From assembly GCA_937968065.1 (NCBI GenBank), contig CALBUD010000071.1:1-5347 (forward strand): a stretch of 5,347 nucleotides of DNA, read 5' to 3'. Source of the stretch: Candidatus Iainarchaeum sp. (lineage in GTDB: Archaea; Iainarchaeota; Iainarchaeia; Iainarchaeales; CSSED10-239). A program made the position numbers and the translations under genes. Position 1 is the stretch's first letter. Each line of letters opens with the position of its first letter. The notes beneath the pieces were generated by a model that did not search any database, was not told the origin of the DNA, and was given only the letters and a program-made list of their open reading frames with translations. Positions 1-5,347 of the stretch are shown here, in pieces.

Positions 1-1
1 A

Positions 2-268
2 GTGTACCCTTCAACTTTTGATTATATAACTTTTATTTTATTACATATCTTTAGATTATTATTTGTAAATCTTTTATTTACAGGAATTTTTATATTCTTT
101 TTAATAATTGTTTTATTCTTATATGATAAGTTTAGAAATAAAAGATTAAAAAGAATAGATAACATAGCTTTAATAAAAAGTTTAACTTTAACAAACATAG
201 TTTTTTTTATAATTTTATTAATCTTTAATAAATTTTTAGCAATTATAACATTTTTAATATATTTTTAA
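2..268 (+). CDS. C-terminal part of a multi-pass integral membrane protein; the 5' end lies outside the window and the function is unknown
   Basis: The frame is open from the window edge to TAA at 266..268, which is unlikely by chance in such A+T-rich DNA where stop triplets are frequent. The translation is dominated by F/I/L and shows about 3 hydrophobic helices (YITFILLHIFRLLFVNLLF, GIFIFFLIIVLFLY, LTNIVFFIILLIFNKFLAIITFLIYF). A basic loop (DKFRNKRLKRID) separates them, consistent with the positive-inside rule. The GTG at position 2 is probably not the true start. Confidence 0.6.
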   Translation: MYPSTFDYITFILLHIFRLLFVNLLFTGIFIFFLIIVLFLYDKFRNKRLKRIDNIALIKSLTLTNIVFFIILLIFNKFLAIITFLIYF

Positions 269-270
269 AA

Positions 271-275
271 AAGGA
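271..275 (+). promoter_or_regulatory. Shine-Dalgarno-like ribosome-binding site (AAGGA) for the giant ORF
   Basis: AAGGA sits 6 nt upstream of ATG 282. An in-frame TAA at 276..278 makes ATG 282 the first possible start of the ORF. Confidence 0.5.
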
Positions 276-281
276 TAATAT

Positions 282-344
282 ATGATTAGAAATAAGATTT
301 GGTCAATAATTTTTTTAATATTAATAGTAAATAGTGTGTTTGCA
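282..344 (+). other. Sec-type signal peptide of the giant protein (aa 1-21)
   Basis: MIRNK forms a basic n-region, IWSIIFLILIV a hydrophobic core, and NSVFA-A a small-residue cleavage motif. Cleavage is predicted after A21 or A22. There is no lipobox Cys. Confidence 0.8.
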
Positions 345-3300
345 GCAAACATAGATCCAAACAGATTAAATCCAGAAACTATTTATTTTGAAGATAATAC
401 AACATATAATTTCCAATCAATAAATAATTCTAGTTGTTATACAGAATCTTTATCTCCAGAAGCTGTTGAAAGACTTTGGAAAGAAATTTTAGTAAATGGT
501 TTTGTTGTAGATGACTTAACAAGTAATCAACCAGAAAACTTTAATAGAGATACTCTTGAAAGAAATGAAGTTATTCTTACAAACCAAGATAGCAAAGCAA
601 ATGATATTGTTGGAAAAACAGAAATGCCAAATCAATTAATGAATCCTTTAGAAATGCCAGCTATTTTAGGTCAAGCTTGTCAAGGACCTTTTTCTTACGG
701 TATTGAAATTGAAGAGACTTTAAGAGTTGGAAGATGTGAAGGAGATGATTCTTTTGCATGTTATCTTGAAAATGAAGGTCTTTTCAGACAAAATGGAAAA
801 TTTGGTTTTTGGCCTCAAACTTTTTCTGTAAGTAGAGATTTTTTAGATATGCTTGGTCTTAGAAAATTACAAGAGGTAAGTGGTGAAATCTTAGATTCTG
901 ATCTTGATTATAATTCAAATGTTGATTTAGGATTATTTTCAGAAATGTCTTATGAAGAACTTGCAATGTTTAGAAAATATTATTTTACTGATGAAAATAT
1001 AACTGATGTTGAAGTTACAAAACTAACTTTGCTTTTAGATAAAGCAATACAGAATAGTGTAAGAACACAATCTTTTAATGCAAGTGTTGAAACTACATGT
1101 AAATCTGATAATTGTTATATAAATATGTACTCTTTATTTGATAAAGTTTTTAACCAATATTATTCAGCTGATATGGTATTTACTTCTATTTCACCAATTT
1201 TGATGAAATATACAGCCAAAATTTTTGATAAAATTCCAAAAAGAGCTTTTGGTGTAGATTTTGTAGATACTAAATCAAATGGTTTTATAAGAGGTAAAAA
1301 TGGACTTTTAGATAACATGTTAAACAACAAACAAAGTCCATTAAAAGCTTTTAAAACAGCTTACAAATATAATCAAATATCTAAAAACATGGATGATTAT
1401 ATAAGTCAACTTGCAAAAAGCAATAATGAAATTATTACAAATATTAATAGATTTGATATGAAACCACAATGGGATAAATATCTAGAATCTTTAAACTCTA
1501 AAAAAAATATAGATACTATAACAAATGAATTTTTCAAAACTGGAGAATTTACAAAATTAAATAAAGCTCAACAAAGAGTGTTTATGGAATCTATAATTGA
1601 TGTCCAAGATAACATAAAAGTTTCAAGAATGATACATGAAATTTCAAATAAAAATATAGATACTATTCTTGGTGCAAATAAAGGACTTCTTTTTGATAAA
1701 ACAAAAACTTTAGATGACTTCTATGCTTCTTTAACACATGAACAATATCTTGATTTACATAGAGAAGTTACAAGAATGAATACTTTAAATAAAGAATTTT
1801 CAAACTATTCTACAGGTCATTTTAAATGGGATGAAGGTGCAAATAACATTACTATGCTTAAAGATAGAGGAAAAATAATTGCAGGTCAAGAAGAAACAAT
1901 GAATAAAATAAGATTAAAAGGCGAAACTGGTTCTGTTGAAATTACAAACTCTTCAAAATATAATGATTTAATAACAGGAAACAAAGTTGAAGGAACAAGC
2001 ATAAAAAACACAGCAATAGATAGTTTAGATACAAAAGTTAAAACTGTTAATTTTGCAGATGGTCCACGTGATGTGACAATTATTGTACCTTATAAAGAAA
2101 CAACAGGTCCTGCAAATGCAGTTCCATATTCAGATATATCTAATTTTAGAAAGTCAGATGTTTTAATAGAATATACTTCTACAAAAGGAGATATAAAAAA
2201 AATAAGAGGATCTGTTTTAGATCCATCTGATATAGATCCTACAAAAAATATTTTAGCAAGAAGTGTTTCTGATGCTCCAATACCAGATGTAGATATTACT
2301 AAATATGGTATAGATCCTCTTGAAATTTCTTTAGGTTATGCAGAACAATTAGGTGTTAAAAGATTAAAAGATGCTGAAGAAGTTACAAACAATGTTATGA
2401 GGGTTTTAACTGATCAAGGATGGAGCACAGGAAGAGGATTAAGTTATGTTAACCAAAGACTTAAACAACAAAATGTAACCAAATGGGATAAAAGAGCAAT
2501 AGATATATTGGCAGATTCTGGAAAAGCTTATTTTTATAACTTTGCATATTGGCAAATAGCAACAGCAGGTTCAACTGTTTTAGGAGGTGCTTTTGATAGA
2601 TATAGTATGTTAAGACTTCCTGAAACATACACCTCAGTAATTATTAATCATGGTGAAACTGCAGATATATACAATGATGCTTATATTGATTTCTTTGTAA
2701 ATGATGGTTCAGATCAAGGAGATCTTTTCATGAAATATTTTAATTCTTTACTTTTCTGGATGGCAAATCTTTCAAAAGAAGCTTTAGCAAACACAGAATG
2801 GGAAACAACACAAGGCTTTTCAAACTGGGTTAGAAAGATTACAGAAGGAACAATTAGAAGAAGTTTTACAGATAATGTAGCTTTGTTTACAGATGCTATA
2901 AACAACGGTTGTAACAAAGGTTCTTGTAACTTTACAATTGGAAATTCAAAACTTCTTGAAAATACAACTTTACAAAAATCAATTGATTCAAACTCACAAA
3001 TAAACACAACTATTAATCATGATATTGATTTAAGTTTTAGTATTAGTGGAGCTTTAAAAACCACAAGTTATTTACTTGAAAATACTTCTAAAGAAAACAT
3101 GGATAAATATGGTCAAACATTAATAAGCTTTACTCACCATACAGATTATGATGGTTCAATGGCTGGTTTTAAAACACAAGATTCTGTAAAATTAACAACT
3201 GAGATTAGTGAAGAAAATACCTGTGCAGATAGACTTAAAAACTTAGAAGTTATGGGTGTTCCTATAGGTTTTACAAATACCTGGACAGGAAAAACATATA

Positions 3301-5168
3301 GAACAGGTCTTGTTGCTGCTGGTTTTTCAAATCTTATGTATTATACTTTTACGGTTCCTCATCACAGAGTTGCAATGGGAATAATTTTTGGAAATTTAGT
3401 ACCACAAATAATAATTGTTCCAGAAATATATAACTGTACAGATCATGAAGAAGGATACTACACTCATGTCTTTGTTGCAAAAGAAGAAATTGAAAGAATT
3501 GAAAAAGATCCAAAAAACAAAGTTGGAGATGCAATTTCAAAAGGTGCAGATTCTGTTGAACAGTTATTAACAGGAGTTACAAAAAACACAGAGCTTGAAC
3601 AATCAATAACAAACACAACACAAGAAGTTAAAAACTTTGCAGAAACAAAAATAAAAGATAATCCAATAGTTCAATCAAGAGTTGAAACTATAGGAAACTC
3701 TGATGGTTCATTAAAAGGAAGATTTTTCTTCTTTGAACTTGGAGCAAACTCAATGTGTAGAGCAAGTGGATATAATGATAAAGGTGTTGAACATTTAGTT
3801 GATTCAAAAAGAAAAGAAACTTTAATAATTGATAAAGAACAAGGAGAAGTTTCAATTATTGATAAAGATGGAAATATTAAAAACATTATTGGTAATGAAC
3901 ATAAAGACTGGGTAAGATTAATTGCAACAAATCTTGGTATTCCTGCAAAAGTAATACCTCACAGCATCTCTTACATACCAGTTCCAGACACAGACACTCC
4001 TTTATTTAATATTGATGTTTTTGGAAATTTAAGAGTTGAAGATATTGATTTCTTAAATTGTTTAAGACAAAATTATTATGAGCAAACAGGTCTTGAAATG
4101 ACAGGTAATGTTTTAACAGAATATCTTGGTTCTGTAAAACAAATAACTTCAACAAACAACTTTAATCCTGAAACACAATATGATATAATACCAAAAGGAA
4201 GAAACAATGTTTATGAAATTGTTGCTGAAGGAACTCCTAGAAAAGTTGCAAAAGGAGAAAATTCAAAAGTTAATATTTTAGGAGATAGAACAACTAAAAT
4301 ATATCCTATAGAAGGACAAGAAGTAACTATTGGAAAAAATATAGCAATACAGTTTGAAAGAGGGCAGTTAATATATAGTGGTGAGAAAAATAGTTATATC
4401 ATGTGGGTTGAACAAACCTTTGTTATGCACCAATCTGAAATTAAAGGAATGGATGTTTCTGTAAATAAAGAAAAAAATGAAGTTACAGGTTGTGAAGAAT
4501 TTAGCTTTGATATGAGTGTAAGACCTGATCCTGATAACCCTCAAGCAGTTGATAATGCAGAAAAAATGAACACTGCTCTTGAAAAGGTAGGACCTTTCCA
4601 AATGTTTGAAACACCAAGTAAAACATTTATCTTTTATACAACAGATCCTCCAGAATGTCAAAACAGAATGAAAATTATTGATAAAGAAACAGGACAAGTA
4701 ATTGATCAAGCAATTGATGATATTATTCAAACTCCAAATGGATTTATTGTTAAAACAGAAGATGGTGCTGAACATAATTTTGAATTTTCAGCAGATGATG
4801 GTGTTCCAAAACTTAAATATAATGATCAAACTGAAACTTTACTTTCAGCTCAAGGAAAGAACGGTGCTTTCTGGTATGATCCACAAACAGGTAACTGGTA
4901 TACAGAGAATGGACATTTAATACCATTTAATCCAGACTATAGAGATGGAATAACTTTTAAAGTAGGAGAAGATGGAAAAGTTCATGGAACCACAATACAA
5001 AATCTTATGAATCCATTTGCAGGTTCTGGTTCTGGAGATAGAGGTGCCTTTAACATACCTCTTGCACCTGAAAAGTTTTTGCCATTTACTCTTTATGTTT
5101 TAATAATAATGGCAAGCTTTATGTATCTTTTCCAGAAAAAAGAAAGTTTAAAGAAAAAGAAAAAATAA
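282..5168 (+). CDS. Giant (1628 aa) secreted, C-terminally anchored surface protein of unknown family
   Basis: The ORF runs 4887 nt without interruption in A+T-rich DNA and has an RBS-like AAGGA upstream. An N-terminal signal peptide begins directly at the first ATG. The C-terminus carries a hydrophobic helix and a Lys-rich tail. Codon usage is consistent throughout (AGA Arg, AAA Lys, TTA Leu), TGG is used for Trp, and the stop is TAA at 5166..5168. Confidence 0.95.
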   Translation: MIRNKIWSIIFLILIVNSVFAANIDPNRLNPETIYFEDNTTYNFQSINNSSCYTESLSPEAVERLWKEILVNGFVVDDLTSNQPENFNRDTLERNEVILTNQDSKANDIVGKTEMPNQLMNPLEMPAILGQACQGPFSYGIEIEETLRVGRCEGDDSFACYLENEGLFRQNGKFGFWPQTFSVSRDFLDMLGLRKLQEVSGEILDSDLDYNSNVDLGLFSEMSYEELAMFRKYYFTDENITDVEVTKLTLLLDKAIQNSVRTQSFNASVETTCKSDNCYINMYSLFDKVFNQYYSADMVFTSISPILMKYTAKIFDKIPKRAFGVDFVDTKSNGFIRGKNGLLDNMLNNKQSPLKAFKTAYKYNQISKNMDDYISQLAKSNNEIITNINRFDMKPQWDKYLESLNSKKNIDTITNEFFKTGEFTKLNKAQQRVFMESIIDVQDNIKVSRMIHEISNKNIDTILGANKGLLFDKTKTLDDFYASLTHEQYLDLHREVTRMNTLNKEFSNYSTGHFKWDEGANNITMLKDRGKIIAGQEETMNKIRLKGETGSVEITNSSKYNDLITGNKVEGTSIKNTAIDSLDTKVKTVNFADGPRDVTIIVPYKETTGPANAVPYSDISNFRKSDVLIEYTSTKGDIKKIRGSVLDPSDIDPTKNILARSVSDAPIPDVDITKYGIDPLEISLGYAEQLGVKRLKDAEEVTNNVMRVLTDQGWSTGRGLSYVNQRLKQQNVTKWDKRAIDILADSGKAYFYNFAYWQIATAGSTVLGGAFDRYSMLRLPETYTSVIINHGETADIYNDAYIDFFVNDGSDQGDLFMKYFNSLLFWMANLSKEALANTEWETTQGFSNWVRKITEGTIRRSFTDNVALFTDAINNGCNKGSCNFTIGNSKLLENTTLQKSIDSNSQINTTINHDIDLSFSISGALKTTSYLLENTSKENMDKYGQTLISFTHHTDYDGSMAGFKTQDSVKLTTEISEENTCADRLKNLEVMGVPIGFTNTWTGKTYRTGLVAAGFSNLMYYTFTVPHHRVAMGIIFGNLVPQIIIVPEIYNCTDHEEGYYTHVFVAKEEIERIEKDPKNKVGDAISKGADSVEQLLTGVTKNTELEQSITNTTQEVKNFAETKIKDNPIVQSRVETIGNSDGSLKGRFFFFELGANSMCRASGYNDKGVEHLVDSKRKETLIIDKEQGEVSIIDKDGNIKNIIGNEHKDWVRLIATNLGIPAKVIPHSISYIPVPDTDTPLFNIDVFGNLRVEDIDFLNCLRQNYYEQTGLEMTGNVLTEYLGSVKQITSTNNFNPETQYDIIPKGRNNVYEIVAEGTPRKVAKGENSKVNILGDRTTKIYPIEGQEVTIGKNIAIQFERGQLIYSGEKNSYIMWVEQTFVMHQSEIKGMDVSVNKEKNEVTGCEEFSFDMSVRPDPDNPQAVDNAEKMNTALEKVGPFQMFETPSKTFIFYTTDPPECQNRMKIIDKETGQVIDQAIDDIIQTPNGFIVKTEDGAEHNFEFSADDGVPKLKYNDQTETLLSAQGKNGAFWYDPQTGNWYTENGHLIPFNPDYRDGITFKVGEDGKVHGTTIQNLMNPFAGSGSGDRGAFNIPLAPEKFLPFTLYVLIIMASFMYLFQKKESLKKKKK
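1503..1796 (+). repeat. In-frame tandem duplication of a 49-codon (147-nt) unit inside a predicted helical region
   Basis: An exact 17-nt direct repeat AAAAATATAGATACTAT occurs at 1503..1519 and 1650..1666, encoding KNIDTI at aa 408-413 and 457-462. A second anchor lies at the same 147-nt offset: GTTTCAAGAATGA at 1620..1632 versus GTTACAAGAATGA at 1767..1779, encoding VSRM and VTRM. The sequence between the anchors has diverged. Confidence 0.5.
3306..3419 (+). other. Internal hydrophobic hairpin (aa 1009-1046), which may be a re-entrant or membrane-interacting element or a buried core
   Basis: GLVAAGFSNLMYYTFTV and VAMGIIFGNLVPQIIIV are joined by the polar turn PHHR. Apart from the signal peptide and the C-terminal anchor, this is the most hydrophobic stretch in the protein. 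Confidence 0.4.
5076..5165 (+). other. C-terminal tripartite anchoring or sorting signal (aa 1599-1628)
   Basis: The sequence is FLPFT, then LYVLIIMASFMYLF (hydrophobic), then QKKESLKKKKK (basic tail). It is preceded by a flexible GSGSGDRG linker. The architecture matches sortase- or archaeosortase-type signals, or a simple tail anchor. Confidence 0.75.
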
Positions 5169-5194
5169 TTTCTTTTTTTTATTTTTTTCCTTTT
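5169..5194 (+). terminator. Oligo-T termination region for the giant gene
   Basis: The sequence immediately after the stop is TTTC, T8 (5173..5180), A, T7 (5182..5188), CC, T4. No GC-rich stem precedes it. Only a weak, almost all A-U hairpin is possible (5154..5162 pairing with 5169..5177). Confidence 0.4.
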
Positions 5195-5331
5195 ATAATT
5201 TTAATTAATCTTTTTGAATTATTTCTAGAATCTTTATTTTTATCTTTAGATCCATTTAATGGTGATTTTTTTGTGCTAGAAACAGGATCTGATCTACTGT
5301 TAAAACCTATTTTTCTTCTTGGTAATGGCAT
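5179..5331 (-). CDS. Small (50 aa) highly basic, low-complexity protein, convergent with the giant gene and absent from the supplied ORF track
   Basis: By hand translation the start ATG is the complement of 5329..5331 and the stop TAA is the complement of 5179..5181. The product is MPLPRRKIGFNSRSDPVSSTKKSPLNGSKDKNKDSRNNSKRLIKIIKGKK, with 16 K/R and 3 D/E. A strong AAGGAG lies 8 nt upstream, and an in-frame TAA at 5344..5346 bounds the ORF. The low-complexity composition is the main reason for caution. Confidence 0.4.
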   Translation of the reverse strand: MPLPRRKIGFNSRSDPVSSTKKSPLNGSKDKNKDSRNNSKRLIKIIKGKK

Positions 5332-5339
5332 TTTTAACA

Positions 5340-5345
5340 CTCCTT
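5340..5345 (-). promoter_or_regulatory. Shine-Dalgarno site (AAGGAG) for the small minus-strand ORF
   Basis: The reverse complement of 5332..5347 reads ATAAGGAGTGTTAAAA and is followed by ATG. That is a full AAGGAG with an 8-nt spacer. The TAA overlapping the SD could be the stop of an upstream minus-strand gene lying beyond the window. Confidence 0.5.
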
Positions 5346-5347
5346 AT

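Noticed and set aside
253-261. TTTAATATA as an archaeal TATA box or bacterial -10 element for the giant gene.
   Set aside because: It lies within the coding end of the upstream ORF in DNA that is almost entirely A/T, so such strings occur by chance everywhere. If it were an archaeal TATA box, its spacing would imply a leaderless transcript, which conflicts with the RBS. It cannot be supported from sequence alone.
2208-2240. A short inverted repeat GGATCT-N5-AGATCC and a direct AGATCC repeat.
   Set aside because: These are 6-nt elements inside coding sequence (GSVLDPSDIDP). They are compatible with chance and with a repeated LDP/IDP peptide motif, and there is no supporting context for a regulatory or recombination site.
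2714-4775. Four minus-strand ORFs from the track (2714..3007, 3349..3540, 3671..3886, 4368..4775), including a 135-aa one.
   Set aside because: All are nested antisense within the giant CDS. Their translations are Cys/Phe/Ile/Leu-rich low-quality sequence typical of shadow frames. None has an RBS-like motif at a proper distance, and the sense frame fully explains the region.
4702-4920. A 72-aa plus-strand ORF in an alternative frame overlapping the giant CDS.
   Set aside because: It has no RBS and an M/L/K/Q-rich nonsense-like composition, and it lies entirely inside a much better supported frame. It is most likely a chance open frame.
5079-5093. LPFTL read as a canonical Gram-positive LPXTG sortase A motif.
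   Set aside because: The invariant Gly is replaced by Leu, and the hydrophobic helix begins inside the motif rather than after a short spacer. It is kept only as an atypical sorting-signal hypothesis, not as a sortase A call.
282-5168. Apparent abundance of N-x-S/T sequons (about 16 counted by hand, e.g. NTT, NSS, NIT, NAS, NYS, NVT, NLS, NFT, NCT) as evidence for a heavily N-glycosylated archaeal surface protein.
   Set aside because: The protein is very Asn-, Ser- and Thr-rich because of the A+T-rich genome. A rough composition-based expectation gives a similar number, so the count is neither enriched nor diagnostic.
282-5168. Recoding, an alternative genetic code, an intein, or a frameshift within the giant gene.
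   Set aside because: The frame is open for all 1628 codons under the standard code and Trp is encoded by TGG. I saw no intein-like HN-C/S/T junctions and no frame switch needed to maintain the ORF.
5154-5177. A possible hairpin (AAAAAGAAA / TTTCTTTTT, 6-nt loop) as a bacterial-type intrinsic terminator.
   Set aside because: The stem has a single G-C pair among A-U pairs and is expected to be very unstable. The oligo-T runs are the more credible signal.
5325-5347. A plus-strand ATG at 5325 opening a frame that runs off the window (MAFLTLL...).
   Set aside because: It has no RBS upstream (TTCTTCTTGGTA), and the same DNA on the minus strand has a near-perfect AAGGAG-N8-ATG arrangement. Only 7 codons are visible.
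1-5347. A search by eye for tRNA or rRNA genes, CRISPR repeat-spacer arrays, transposase or integrase genes, and terminal inverted repeats.
   Set aside because: No regularly spaced direct repeats, no GC-rich structured RNA-like islands and no additional long ORFs were seen. The window is essentially all coding for the three genes described.

Overview
This AT-rich, tightly packed prokaryotic window (roughly 70% A+T by eye, not computed) is dominated by one uninterrupted plus-strand ORF at 282..5168 encoding 1628 aa. The product has a classic N-terminal Sec signal peptide. Its long ectodomain is mostly non-repetitive, contains 14 cysteines, and shows no catalytic or domain signature I can recognise by eye. 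It also has an internal pair of about 17-residue hydrophobic segments and a C-terminal tripartite signal: an LPF(T) motif, a hydrophobic helix and a poly-Lys tail. I read it as a giant secreted, membrane- or envelope-anchored surface protein of unknown family, and it is the main candidate for something novel here. Thirteen nt upstream, the 3' end of a very hydrophobic multi-pass membrane protein gene (2..268) ends, so the two are probably co-transcribed. Downstream and convergent is a 50-aa, extremely basic ORF (5179..5331, minus strand) that is absent from the supplied track. It has a strong AAGGAG ribosome-binding site, and its stop lies 10 nt from the giant gene's stop. Termination signals look like plain oligo-T runs rather than GC-rich hairpins. 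That, the genome compactness and the C-terminal signal make a low-GC archaeon (DPANN-like or methanogen-like) slightly more likely than a low-GC bacterium, but the sequence alone cannot settle taxonomy. I saw no tRNA, rRNA, CRISPR array or transposase-like element.
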